The notes: generated by a model not told the origin, from the sequence alone. A DNA stretch of 40,346 nt from an uncultured Flavisolibacter sp. (GCA_964460925.1 CAYWSQ010000003.1:3905-44250); one strand, 5' to 3'; shown: positions 28,720 to 38,456, numbered from the stretch's first letter. Made by a program: numbers and translations.

Positions 28720-29466
28720 TTAATGCATGGCCTCAGAGCCCGGTGAATCAGAATTGATGATACCAAGTTTTTCAACTGCCAGCTGCGCTGCTATCTGTGA
28801 AGCATCTTTTTTATTGAAGGCCTTTCCCTGTGCAATCAATTTACCGTTAATAACAGCAGCCACTGTAAAAAGCCGGCGGCCGTTCTCGATCTGTTCATTG
28901 ATGGTTTCAAACTCCAGGAGCCGGCCATTCTTATTGGCCCAGCCATACAGTTTATTCTTGTGATTGATCTCAAGGATCTCCAGGTCGTCCACGAACATAT
29001 GCGGCATGATGATCCGCTCGGTGACCCATTTATTGGTCTTCTTATATCCAATATCCAAATAAATAGCGCCGACCAATGCTTCCAGGGTATTACCGAAGAT
29101 CTGGCTCGTCTTAAGCGAGCTGTCAGATTTATTATAGAGAGTAACCTTTTTCAAACCCATCTTAACCGCAATATCATTGAGTTGCTGACGGTTCACCATC
29201 TTGCTGCGCATTTCAGTAAGAAAACCTTCCTCTTTATAAGGATAACGTTTGAAGAGATAGTCAGCAACGAGGGCACTCAGAATAGCATCACCGAGATATT
29301 CCAGTCTTTCATTGTTTTCGTCGATGGTGTCCTTTACAGAACGGTGGGTGAGCGCTGTTTTATATAGAGAGGTGTTACCGGGCGAGTAGCCCAGGATGCC
29401 TTTCAATTGTTTTTTGAAAGAAGGGTCGACAGGTTTTTTCTTATAAAATGATTTCCAGAAATCCAC
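28720..29466 (-). CDS. rnc: ribonuclease III
   Basis: ALTHRS, NERLEYLGDA and C-terminal dsRBD. Confidence 0.96.
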   Translation of the reverse strand: MDFWKSFYKKKPVDPSFKKQLKGILGYSPGNTSLYKTALTHRSVKDTIDENNERLEYLGDAILSALVADYLFKRYPYKEEGFLTEMRSKMVNRQQLNDIAVKMGLKKVTLYNKSDSSLKTSQIFGNTLEALVGAIYLDIGYKKTNKWVTERIIMPHMFVDDLEILEINHKNKLYGWANKNGRLLEFETINEQIENGRRLFTVAAVINGKLIAQGKAFNKKDASQIAAQLAVEKLGIINSDSPGSEAMH

Positions 29467-29473
29467 AATGTTG

Positions 29474-29530
29474 ATTACACGAATAAAATTGCTACCCTAC
29501 GAATTTAAAACACTAATCACACGAATAAAA
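29474..29530. repeat. direct repeat AT(T/C)ACACGAATAAAA with a partial middle copy
   Basis: Copies at 29474-29488 and 29516-29530; ACGAAT cores at 29479, 29499 and 29521. Confidence 0.7.
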
Positions 29531-29598
29531 GCAGCCGGTAAAAATAGTTTACCTGTCTTCTCTGCACTTATAAGCGATTACAGTTTGCAAGGCCTGGA

Positions 29599-30852
29599 TC
29601 AGGCCTTATATTTTTTGAAGATCATGCAGGCATTATGTCCGCCAAAACCAAACGTATTGCTCAGCGCAGCATTCACCGTTCTTTTCTGGGCTTCCCAGAA
29701 AGTGAAGTTCAACCGACTGTCCAGTTCAGGATCATCTGTAAAATGATTAATGGTAGGTGGTACTATATCATTCTGCACAGCCATGATACAGGCAATGGCC
29801 TCGATCACACCGGCTGCACCCAGGCAATGCCCGGTCATGGATTTGGTAGAACTGATATTGAGCTGGTAGGCATGTTCTCCAAAAACATCGGTGATGGCTT
29901 TTACCTCGGCAATATCACCCAGCGGTGTGGACGTACCATGCGTATTGATATAGTCAATATCCGAAGGTTGCATACCGGCATCAGCAAGCGCCTGCAGCAT
30001 AACATTCTTGGCACCGAGACCTTCGGGATGCGGAGCTGTAATATGGTGCGCATCAGCAGTAGCGCCACCACCAGCCACTTCGCAATAGATCTTGGCTCCC
30101 CTGGCAATAGCATGTTCATATTCTTCAAAAACCAGTATGCCCGCGGCCTCACCCATTACAAAACCATCGCGGTCCTTATCGTATGGCCTTGATGCGGTTT
30201 TGGGATCATCATTTCTTTCGCTGAGTGCTTTCATGGCATTGAATCCACCTACACCTGCTTCTCCAATCACACTTTCAGAACCACCAGTAAGAATGATGTC
30301 AGCCTTACCCATACGGATAAGATTGAAAGCCTCCATCATGGCATTGGTGGAAGATGCGCAGGCACTCACCACGGCAAAGTTGGCTCCCCTGAATCCATGA
30401 CGCATGGATATATGCCCCGCTGCGATATCAAGGATCATCTTCGGAATAAAGAAAGGATTGAAACGCGGCGTGCCGTCACCTTTTGCAAAATTCATTACCT
30501 CTTCCTGGAAGGTAAGCAGACCACCGATACCACTGCCGGTGATCACACCAACACGGTCGGGGTTTACATTGTTCTGATCAATGCCTGCATCCTGCACAGC
30601 CTGGTCGCTGGCAACGAGGGCTACCTGGGTAAAGCGGTCCACTTTTCGGGCTTCTTTACGGTCGAGAAAATTGGTGGGATCAAAATTTTTGATCTCGCAG
30701 GCAAACCGGGTCTTGAATTTTGAAGCATCAAAGCCGGTAATAAAATCACAGCCACTGACACCGTTTCTCAGGTTGTTCCAGTATTCTGTGATTGTATTGC
30801 CCAAAGGGGTTAGGGCACCCATTCCCGTAATAACGACTCGCTTCAGTTGCAT
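29599..30852 (-). CDS. fabF: 3-oxoacyl-ACP synthase II
   Basis: SACASS, HHITAP, HGTST, KSMTGH and SNTFGFGGHN motifs. Confidence 0.97.
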   Translation of the reverse strand: MQLKRVVITGMGALTPLGNTITEYWNNLRNGVSGCDFITGFDASKFKTRFACEIKNFDPTNFLDRKEARKVDRFTQVALVASDQAVQDAGIDQNNVNPDRVGVITGSGIGGLLTFQEEVMNFAKGDGTPRFNPFFIPKMILDIAAGHISMRHGFRGANFAVVSACASSTNAMMEAFNLIRMGKADIILTGGSESVIGEAGVGGFNAMKALSERNDDPKTASRPYDKDRDGFVMGEAAGILVFEEYEHAIARGAKIYCEVAGGGATADAHHITAPHPEGLGAKNVMLQALADAGMQPSDIDYINTHGTSTPLGDIAEVKAITDVFGEHAYQLNISSTKSMTGHCLGAAGVIEAIACIMAVQNDIVPPTINHFTDDPELDSRLNFTFWEAQKRTVNAALSNTFGFGGHNACMIFKKYKA

Positions 30853-30881
30853 AAGGCCTGCGGCAGAATTTAATGTAAGAT

Positions 30882-30921
30882 AAAACCGCCTTCTCTAGTG
30901 CCTGAGGCAACCGGAAGGCGG
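30882..30921 (-). terminator. intrinsic terminator/attenuator between acpP and fabF
   Basis: CCGCCTTC/GAAGGCGG stem with inner TGCC/GGCA, followed by TTTT on the minus strand. Confidence 0.65.
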
Positions 30922-30961
30922 AATGATAAAAACTCCTCTAAAGGATTTTCTTCAGTATTAT

Positions 30962-31198
30962 TTACTTAGCATGTTCTTCCAGGTAAGAAACAGCCTGACC
31001 TACAGTCGTGATCGTTTCAGCTTGCTCATCCGGAATGGAGATATTGAACTCTTTTTCAAACTCCATAATGAGTTCTACGGTGTCCAGAGAATCGGCACCT
31101 AAATCATTGGTAAAAGAAGCCTCGTTCGTAACTTCTGCATCGTCCACTCCTAATTTGTCTACAATGATCTTTTTTACTCTTGCTGCAATGTCTGACAT
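30962..31198 (-). CDS. acpP: acyl carrier protein
   Basis: [12 protein letters not shown] phosphopantetheine site; promoter TATTTTTG (31225-31232, minus strand). Confidence 0.98.
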   Translation of the reverse strand: MSDIAARVKKIIVDKLGVDDAEVTNEASFTNDLGADSLDTVELIMEFEKEFNISIPDEQAETITTVGQAVSYLEEHAK

Positions 31199-31375
31199 TT
31201 TGTAAAAGTTTGGTTATAGTGGTGCAAAAATATAAGTTTTTGCATTAAATCACATTTTGATCATTTACCTGAAAAATTAATGCCCGGTTTTTTTTCCGGC
31301 GGTCTTTGCCGGGATAATTATTGTCAATTTGCCACGTAAGCGGATATTTGTAAATTGAACCCATCAACTGTTGCA

Positions 31376-31804
31376 ATGGCATTGAAAATCATAGATCATG
31401 GCTCTCCCGAATACCAGCAGATCATCAGGCTGAGGAATGATATCCTGAGGAAACCGCTCGGGATGAATCTAGATGCTGCTGAACTCGAAAAAGAAAAGAA
31501 CAACCTGCATATCGCTGCGTATGAAGATGACCAGATGCTCGGATGCTGCATGCTGGTGGAAGAAGGTCCACAAACTGTAAGGCTGAGACAGATGGCCGTG
31601 ATCAACGATCTACAGGGCAAAGGCATTGGCCGGGCACTGATGCAATTTGCCGAAAACCTGGCGCGTGACCGTGGCTACCGTCGCATTACCATGCATGCCC
31701 GTAAAAACGCCCTGGGCTTTTATGAAAAAATGGGCTACCGCAAAATTGGTGATGAGTTCGAGGAGATTACTATTCCGCATTATGTGATGGAGAAAGAGCT
31801 TTGA
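31376..31804 (+). CDS. GNAT family N-acetyltransferase
   Basis: RQMAV...QGKGIG motif A, HAR and FYEKMGY. Confidence 0.92.
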   Translation: MALKIIDHGSPEYQQIIRLRNDILRKPLGMNLDAAELEKEKNNLHIAAYEDDQMLGCCMLVEEGPQTVRLRQMAVINDLQGKGIGRALMQFAENLARDRGYRRITMHARKNALGFYEKMGYRKIGDEFEEITIPHYVMEKEL

Positions 31805-31927
31805 GCTATTAGCTACGAGCTTCGAGAATTGACCTTAATCCCGGGCAATTCTATCTTGTCGCACACTCAAAACAATATATTTCTTGAGGGTTGCCTCTCG
31901 CAGCTCGCAGCTAAAAGCTAGAAGCTA
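31803..31927. repeat. inverted pair of 7-nt repeat arrays around a ~70-bp spacer
   Basis: Left arm GAGCTAT TAGCTAC GAGCTTC GAG; right arm CTC GCAGCTC GCAGCTA AAAGCTA GAAGCTA. Confidence 0.78.
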
Positions 31928-32401
31928 CTTTTTCACTTTCTCCAGCATCATATGCCTCAACTGGTACACTTCATCCGTATTGGCAAATGCATTCTTGGGC
32001 ACCAGGAAAAATGATCGGCTGTCGAAATACAGGTGGAAGAAATGAGGTGTCTCCACAAAATTGCTCAGCTCATTCCAGCCCCAGGATCTTGATCCTCTTT
32101 CATTTCCCACGCTAAAACCATTCTCTTCAAAATTCATGTTGAAATGATCACGGAAAGTGGAAGCTCTTTTATAAACAAGTGTGGGCAGGATGAACCAGAA
32201 AGCGATCATCAGTACAAACCAAAGGAAGGAGCCTACCAGGAAAGCAAAGGGCAGGATCTTTTTCATATAAAATAATACGGCGGAAGCCAGGGCAAAAACA
32301 TTTACCAGGATGATCATAAGCCTGATTTCCTTTTTTGCCAGGAAATGATAACGCAAAGCCTGGATCACCTGTTTCTTATCGTAGCTGAAATTAATTGTCA
32401 T
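31925..32401 (-). CDS. YcxB family membrane protein
   Basis: Two TM helices then W..(L)....ET..FF.LY......VPK.AF. Promoter TATCTTTG (32422-32429) supports the 32401 start. Confidence 0.8.
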   Translation of the reverse strand: MTINFSYDKKQVIQALRYHFLAKKEIRLMIILVNVFALASAVLFYMKKILPFAFLVGSFLWFVLMIAFWFILPTLVYKRASTFRDHFNMNFEENGFSVGNERGSRSWGWNELSNFVETPHFFHLYFDSRSFFLVPKNAFANTDEVYQLRHMMLEKVKK

Positions 32402-32447
32402 GCCCCTGTTGAATTCAGGCGCAAAGATAGGCTTCATTGCAGTGCAT

Positions 32448-32478
32448 AAAAAAACCGGTTCTTTCGAACCGGTCTTTT
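32448..32478 (-). terminator. intrinsic terminator of the collagen-like lipoprotein gene
   Basis: Minus strand ACCGGTTC-GAAA-GAACCGGT followed by a T-tract. Confidence 0.85.
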
Positions 32479-32496
32479 ATAAAAATTCTGATTGTA

Positions 32497-33177
32497 TTAC
32501 ATATTGCTGCCGCTGGCAGGGATGTTGAATTTCTGCAACACCTGCTCGTAAGTCATGTGGCGCAACTGGTCAATGGAATAACCGGCGAATGCACCCTGCA
32601 TGAATTTACCACCGCCAACACTGCCTGGGATCACAACATAACGGAACTCACCAACTGGCATAGCGCCGGATGCACTTCCTGAACTGTGATTGGCTACAAA
32701 ATAAGTGATGGTGCCTGGTTCCAGTATCGTGTTATACTGCATCAGGTTTGCGGTTGTACCAAACAGGTAAGGCAACTGTGTTGCTCCCGCTGAAGGACTT
32801 CTGAAATATGAAAGCACTACACCATTATCTATTACGGCTGCGGTAACACTTGTAGCAGCCTTGTTGCCACGGCTGATCACACCCAGGTCAGTATGAATGG
32901 AGTCTCCCCAGGTTAAAGTGCTTGCTGCAAACCAGTCGGAGTAAACAACGTTTGCCGTTCCACCCGGACCCTGCGGACCTTGAGGACCCTGTGGTCCCTG
33001 TGGACCTGTTGGGCCTTGCGGACCAGTAGGACCTTGTGCACCAGTTGCGCCGGCTGATCCTGGAGGACCTTGTGGGCCTGATGCGCCGGCAGGACCAAGA
33101 GGTCCTTCTTTAGCACAACTCACCACAAGAAAAACAAATGCAAATAAAACAAGAGAAAGAAAGCGCATTTTTCTCAT
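32497..33177 (-). CDS. collagen-like (Gly-X-Y) lipoprotein
   Basis: Lipobox VVSC, ~15 uninterrupted GXY triplets, then ANVVYSDW globular domain. Confidence 0.88.
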   Translation of the reverse strand: MRKMRFLSLVLFAFVFLVVSCAKEGPLGPAGASGPQGPPGSAGATGAQGPTGPQGPTGPQGPQGPQGPQGPGGTANVVYSDWFAASTLTWGDSIHTDLGVISRGNKAATSVTAAVIDNGVVLSYFRSPSAGATQLPYLFGTTANLMQYNTILEPGTITYFVANHSSGSASGAMPVGEFRYVVIPGSVGGGKFMQGAFAGYSIDQLRHMTYEQVLQKFNIPASGSNM

Positions 33178-33313
33178 AAATCAGTTTTTGTGTTAGTTGG
33201 TAATGAAGTAAAAGTAATGGTTATGAAATTATTTTCCAACAAATAATAATTGCTGCGGGAAGGTATATTCCTAGTGCACCCGGCCTACATTTGCTCCAGT
33301 ATAAACCAAAACG

Positions 33314-34051
33314 ATGCATCTGAAAAAATTGTGGATTCTTCCCCTGGTAGTGGTTGCGGCAACTGCCTCCGCGCAGTTCTCAAAAGGTGTTAAAATGATA
33401 GGTACGTCCATTGGCACCAGCTTTATTGGAACCGGAGAAACGCGCTACAGTTTTGTAGATCCCAACACTAACTATACCAGCAAACAAAATCAATCCAACA
33501 TCAACCTCAGTCCTTCGCTTGGCGTATTTTTCAATGAGCAGGTGGCAGGCGGGTTACAGTTGCTTCTTGGCTATTCAGGCATCAGCACCTGGAGGGAGTC
33601 TGCTACCAATGGCAATACCTATGTTCGTGATGAAGTGCGAAATACCGATTATGGAGCGGGCATCTTCTTCCGCTATTATTTGAACCGAAACGCAAAATTT
33701 CTTCCTTTCCTGCATGTGCAGGGAAATGCGGGCAGCGGTAAAACCAAAACCGAAGGCTTTTATGAGATCACCAATTACCGGCAGACCTATGAAGGTGTTT
33801 CTTCAAAAAAATTCTATTACAATGCTGGTCTTAACCTGGGTCTTACCAAATTGATCAGTCCAATGATTGGTTTAGATGCCACCATGGGTTATAATTTTTC
33901 ATCCAACCGATTTACCACTACCACTTCCCAGAGAATTGTTGACAATGGCACCCTCCTGACGGGTACCAATTCAGTGGAGCAGCAATTCAATGGAAACGGA
34001 ATGAATATTGGAATCGGCATCCAAATATTCCTGCGAAAGAGGTCTGAATAA
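33314..34051 (+). CDS. outer membrane beta-barrel protein
   Basis: Signal peptide, alternating aromatic beta-strands (GIFFRYY, GLNLG) and near-terminal GIGIQIF. Confidence 0.8.
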   Translation: MHLKKLWILPLVVVAATASAQFSKGVKMIGTSIGTSFIGTGETRYSFVDPNTNYTSKQNQSNINLSPSLGVFFNEQVAGGLQLLLGYSGISTWRESATNGNTYVRDEVRNTDYGAGIFFRYYLNRNAKFLPFLHVQGNAGSGKTKTEGFYEITNYRQTYEGVSSKKFYYNAGLNLGLTKLISPMIGLDATMGYNFSSNRFTTTTSQRIVDNGTLLTGTNSVEQQFNGNGMNIGIGIQIFLRKRSE

Positions 34052-34076
34052 AAAAAGTCCTCTCACGAGGACTTTT
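34050..34076. terminator. bidirectional intrinsic terminator
   Basis: AAAAGTCCTC-TCAC-GAGGACTTTT between convergent genes. Confidence 0.85.
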
Positions 34077-34096
34077 CCTGTAAATCTCAAAAGCAA

Positions 34097-35059
34097 TTAT
34101 TTATTCATCATCTGCTTGGCCTCAATGCTAAGAGTAGCATGGGGAACAGCGCGCAGGCGGGCTTTGTCAATCAACTTACCCGTTACGCGGCAGATACCAT
34201 AGGTCTTATTCTCGATTCTCATGATAGCTTTTTCCAGGTGATCGATGAACTGGATCTGGCGGCTGGCCATCTGGCTCAGTTGCTCACGCTCCATGCTCAT
34301 ACTTCCGTCTTCCATGGTCATGTAACGTCCATCTTCCATATCTCCTTCGTCTTTCCTGGTGATCAATCCCTGTAAATAGGCCAGTTCTTTTTTGGCTGTC
34401 TCCAGTTTCTTCATGATCAGCTCTCTAAACTCTGTCAAATCCGCATCTGAATATCTCATTGTAGGGCCGGTGTTTATCTGGTTATGGGTATCTAAAACTG
34501 ACTTGGTAAAATCAGGATTATATTTCACTGATTTGGTAGTGGATGTTTTTGGAATCACCACCTTGGTTGGCTTAGGCGGATCTTTTTTCACTACAGGTTT
34601 TTCCAGCGGTTTGATGGCTGGTTTCACTTCCTGGTGGGTAGGCGCAGCCACCACCGGCTTTTTAACGGGTTCCTCTTTTTTAGGTTGTGCTTTTTTGGGC
34701 AGCTCCTGCTTTTTAAGAGGTTCCTGTTTTTTTGGAGGTTCCTGCTTTTTGGGTGCTTCCTGTTTTTTAGCCGGGAGAGCCCTGGCAGGTGCTGATTTTT
34801 TAACCGGGGTAGATGTTTTCTTCACAGGTACTTGCTTTTTAACCGGCTTCGGAGCCGGTTTGGTTGTTTTTTTTGGAGGCGGAGCCGCTTTTTTTACAGC
34901 CTTTTTAGGCGCAGCTTTCTTAGGAGCCGGTTTGGCAGCAGCTTTTTTGGCAGCCGGTTTACCGCCTTTCGTTGGCGCTTTTTTTACCGGTTTAGCTGAC
35001 TTTGCAGCTTTGCTACCCGATGACCGGGCAGTTTTGGGTGCTTGCTTTTTTGTAGCCAT
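34097..35059 (-). CDS. dksA: TraR/DksA family regulator with long Lys/Ala/Pro-rich N-terminal extension
   Basis: C-terminal RYSD..L.EF coiled coil, RIENKTYGICRVTG and RLRAVPHATL; immediately downstream of ileS. Confidence 0.88.
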   Translation of the reverse strand: MATKKQAPKTARSSGSKAAKSAKPVKKAPTKGGKPAAKKAAAKPAPKKAAPKKAVKKAAPPPKKTTKPAPKPVKKQVPVKKTSTPVKKSAPARALPAKKQEAPKKQEPPKKQEPLKKQELPKKAQPKKEEPVKKPVVAAPTHQEVKPAIKPLEKPVVKKDPPKPTKVVIPKTSTTKSVKYNPDFTKSVLDTHNQINTGPTMRYSDADLTEFRELIMKKLETAKKELAYLQGLITRKDEGDMEDGRYMTMEDGSMSMEREQLSQMASRQIQFIDHLEKAIMRIENKTYGICRVTGKLIDKARLRAVPHATLSIEAKQMMNK

Positions 35060-35066
35060 ACAATTT

Positions 35067-38000
35067 TTACCCCTTTTTTAAAACGATGACCTTCAATGGA
35101 TTGTCATTGACTTCTATTTCAATGCCACCGTCAATGTCTGTTGTGAGCTCCAGCTTGTCTGCCAGAATTTCGCCGCAAATATAGGCATTATACTTAGCCA
35201 AAGATTGACTGATACCATTATTGGCAGCCACCAGCACCTCAATCCGGTCTGTCAGCTCAAATCCACTATCCTTCCGGATCTTCTGGATCCGGTTCACAAA
35301 TTCGCGGGCATCACCTTCCTGCACCAGTTCAGGGGTAACATTGATATCCAATGCTACGGTCAAACTCCCCTTATTGGCCACTGTCCAACCCGGAATATCT
35401 TCGCTGCTGATCTCTACTTCACTGAGTGTCAACTCAACAAACTCATCGTTAACGGGAATTGAATATCTGCCTTCTTTTTCAAATAAAGAAATATCATGTT
35501 GTGAAAAACCGGCAAGCGCGTTGGTTACCGCTTTCATTTTGGGTCCAAGCTTTTTGCCCAGGGCCTGGAAATTGGGGCGGATCTTCTTTTTGATAAACCC
35601 TTCGGTTTCTGTGAGGTAAGAAACTTCCTTCACATTCACTTCCGCTTTCACCAGGTGTTCCACCAGCCTTAGCTGTTTTTCCATGGCTGGATTCAATACG
35701 GGTATCAATAGTTTCTGGAGCGGCTGCCTTACCCGGATATTCACTTTCTTGCGAAGTGAGAGCACGAGCGAACAGGCATCCTGGGCCAGGCGCATTCTTT
35801 CTTCCAGCAATTCATCAACCAGTTCCTCTTTTGCTTCGGGGAAGCGAGCATGATGAACGGAAGCCACCGTATATCTTTTGGTTACCGCATTCAGATTATT
35901 AAACAGTTCATCGCTGAAGAAGGGAGAAACCGGCGCCATCAGCAGGGTCACAGTTTCAATACATTCATAAAGCGTTTGGTAAGCAGCGATCTTATCCTGT
36001 TCATCACCACCCGGTGCATCCTGGTTGCGGCGGGCAGGTTTCCAGAACCTCCTCCGGCATAAGCGCACATACCAGTTGCTGAGGTGCTCGTCCACAAAAT
36101 CCTCTACCAGCCTTCCTGCCTGCGTGGGCTCATAATCATCAAAAGCTGCGGTAACTTTTTTTACAAGTGTCTGTAGTGAAGAAAGGATCCACCTGTCGAT
36201 TTCGGGTCGGTCCTTCACAGGAATATAGGCTTCCTTGAACTGGAAACCATCCACGTTGGCATACAGGGCAAAAAACTGGTAGGTATTATATAAGGTGCCA
36301 AAAAATTTACGCTGTACCTCGCGGATGCCATCAAGATCGAATTTGAGATTGTCCCAAGGCGAGGCATTGGTGATGAGATACCAGCGTGTGGCATCAGCGC
36401 CAAAATCATCGATGGTCTGGAAAGGATCCACCACGTTGCCCAGGCGTTTGCTCATCTTATTGCCATTCTTATCCAGCACCAGCCCGTTGGACACAACAGT
36501 TTTATAGGCCACATCATCAAAGAGCATTACAGCCAGTGCATGAAGTGTATAGAACCAGCCGCGGGTCTGGTCAACACCTTCGGCAATAAAATTCGCGGGG
36601 AATGATTCTTTGAATTTTTCTTTGTTCTCGAATGGAAAATGCCATTGCGCATAAGGCATGGCGCCGCTGTCGAACCATACATCAATCAGGTCGGGTTCGC
36701 GCTTCATGGGTTTACCCGATGGTGATACCAACACTACTTCATCCACGTAGGGTTTGTGGAGGTCGAGAATGCCATCGTGCAAATAATTTTTATTGACATC
36801 ACCGCCTAAAACCTCGCTGGCTTTTTTGATTTCCTGGTTCAGCTCACTGATGGAACCGATGCAGATCTCTTCGCTTCCGTCTTCGGTGCGCCACACGGGT
36901 AAAGGTGTGCCCCAGTAACGGCTCCGGCTCAGGTTCCAGTCCACCATGTTCTCCAGCCAGTTGCCAAACCTTCCCGTACCGGTTGATTCAGGTTTCCAGC
37001 GGATGGTCTTATTGAGTTCAACCATACGGTCACGCTTAGCCGTAGTTTTAATAAACCAGGCATCCAGCGGGTAATAAACCACGGGTTTATCGGTGCGCCA
37101 GCAGTGCGGGTAACTGTGTTCGTATTTTTCAACCTTGAAGGCCCTGTTTTCTTTTTTCAGTTTTACGGAGATGTCAACATTCACATCAACGTAACCTTCC
37201 TGGCTTTTATAGTCTTTGATGTAGCGCCCTGAGAACTCTCCCAGTCCATCCACGAATTTTCCTTCGCGGTCAACCAGGGTGAGGATGCCGATATTGTATT
37301 TTTTGCCTACGCGGAAGTCGTCCGCACCAAAAGCAGGAGCCGTATGAACGATACCGGTACCATCTTCTGTGGTTACGAAATCTCCGAGCAGGATCTTCCA
37401 GGGCTCGGCGCCGGGTGTAATTTCCCTTACCGCATCAATTGAGTTGGCAGCAGCCTTGATCAATGGCTCATAAGACATCCCTTCAAGGTCCTTCCCTTTG
37501 AATTCGCACAGGATCTTCCAGGGTAATAATTTTTGTTCGGCCGAATAACCTTCGAAATCGCCATTCTCTCCTTCTGGTTTAAAATATTTTCCAAGGAGTG
37601 CTTTCGCCAGTATCACGTGTTGAGGCACATGAGTATAGGGATTGAAGGTCTGTACCAGCACATAATCAATATTTGGTCCCACTGTCAATCCCAGGTTGGA
37701 AGGAAGTGTCCAGGGTGTGGTAGTCCATGCAAGGAAAAAAACTTCACCACCCTCCTGCTGCACTTCAGCGATGGAATTTATTGATGAAAGACCAGGTGCC
37801 ACAGGCGCTGCTTTGAACATCGCCACCACGCTGGTATCTTTTACATTCCTGTAAGTGCCAGGCTGGTTGAGTTCATGAGAACTCAGGCCGGTTCCCGCCG
37901 CTGGTGAGTAAGGCTGGATGGAAACACTTTTATAAAGCAGGCCTTTATTATATAATTCCTTCAGGCACCACCAGAGTGTTTCAATGTATTCATTTTTAAA

Positions 38001-38456
38001 GGTGATGTAAGGATCTTTCAAATCAACCCAGTAACCCATGCGGGTGGTGAGTTCATCCCATTTATCCTTGTAACGCAGAACCGCCTCGCGGCATTTCTGG
38101 TTGTACTCGGCCACACTGATTTTTTTGCCGATATCTTCCTTGGTAATGCCCAGTTCTTTTTCAACACCCAGTTCAATAGGCAGTCCGTGCGTGTCCCAGC
38201 CACCCTTGCGTTCCACTTTGAAACCTTTCATGGTTTTGTAACGGCATACCAGGTCTTTCAGTGAGCGGGAGATCACATGGTGAATGCCTGGCATTCCATT
38301 GGCACTGGGAGGGCCTTCATAAAACACAAATGGCTCTGCTCCTTCCCTGAGTGAAACACTTTTCTCAAAGGCCTGCTCCTTCCTCCATCGCTCGAGAATT
38401 TCCTTTTCGATCGCGGGAAGTTGTAACTGCTTGAATTCTTTATACCGGTTGGCCAT
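35067..38456 (-). CDS. ileS: isoleucine--tRNA ligase (type 2)
   Basis: EGPPSANGMPGIHH, WDTHGLP, WTTTPWTLP, EGVDQTRGWF, KMSKR and IleRS2-type C-terminus; promoter TACCTTTG at 38490-38497. Confidence 0.97.
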   Translation of the reverse strand: MANRYKEFKQLQLPAIEKEILERWRKEQAFEKSVSLREGAEPFVFYEGPPSANGMPGIHHVISRSLKDLVCRYKTMKGFKVERKGGWDTHGLPIELGVEKELGITKEDIGKKISVAEYNQKCREAVLRYKDKWDELTTRMGYWVDLKDPYITFKNEYIETLWWCLKELYNKGLLYKSVSIQPYSPAAGTGLSSHELNQPGTYRNVKDTSVVAMFKAAPVAPGLSSINSIAEVQQEGGEVFFLAWTTTPWTLPSNLGLTVGPNIDYVLVQTFNPYTHVPQHVILAKALLGKYFKPEGENGDFEGYSAEQKLLPWKILCEFKGKDLEGMSYEPLIKAAANSIDAVREITPGAEPWKILLGDFVTTEDGTGIVHTAPAFGADDFRVGKKYNIGILTLVDREGKFVDGLGEFSGRYIKDYKSQEGYVDVNVDISVKLKKENRAFKVEKYEHSYPHCWRTDKPVVYYPLDAWFIKTTAKRDRMVELNKTIRWKPESTGTGRFGNWLENMVDWNLSRSRYWGTPLPVWRTEDGSEEICIGSISELNQEIKKASEVLGGDVNKNYLHDGILDLHKPYVDEVVLVSPSGKPMKREPDLIDVWFDSGAMPYAQWHFPFENKEKFKESFPANFIAEGVDQTRGWFYTLHALAVMLFDDVAYKTVVSNGLVLDKNGNKMSKRLGNVVDPFQTIDDFGADATRWYLITNASPWDNLKFDLDGIREVQRKFFGTLYNTYQFFALYANVDGFQFKEAYIPVKDRPEIDRWILSSLQTLVKKVTAAFDDYEPTQAGRLVEDFVDEHLSNWYVRLCRRRFWKPARRNQDAPGGDEQDKIAAYQTLYECIETVTLLMAPVSPFFSDELFNNLNAVTKRYTVASVHHARFPEAKEELVDELLEERMRLAQDACSLVLSLRKKVNIRVRQPLQKLLIPVLNPAMEKQLRLVEHLVKAEVNVKEVSYLTETEGFIKKKIRPNFQALGKKLGPKMKAVTNALAGFSQHDISLFEKEGRYSIPVNDEFVELTLSEVEISSEDIPGWTVANKGSLTVALDINVTPELVQEGDAREFVNRIQKIRKDSGFELTDRIEVLVAANNGISQSLAKYNAYICGEILADKLELTTDIDGGIEIEVNDNPLKVIVLKKG

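Noticed and set aside
34392-35081. 229-aa hydrophobic + strand ORF
   Set aside because: Mirror of the Lys/Ala/Pro-rich dksA tail (Phe/Gly/Leu arise from reverse-complemented codons).
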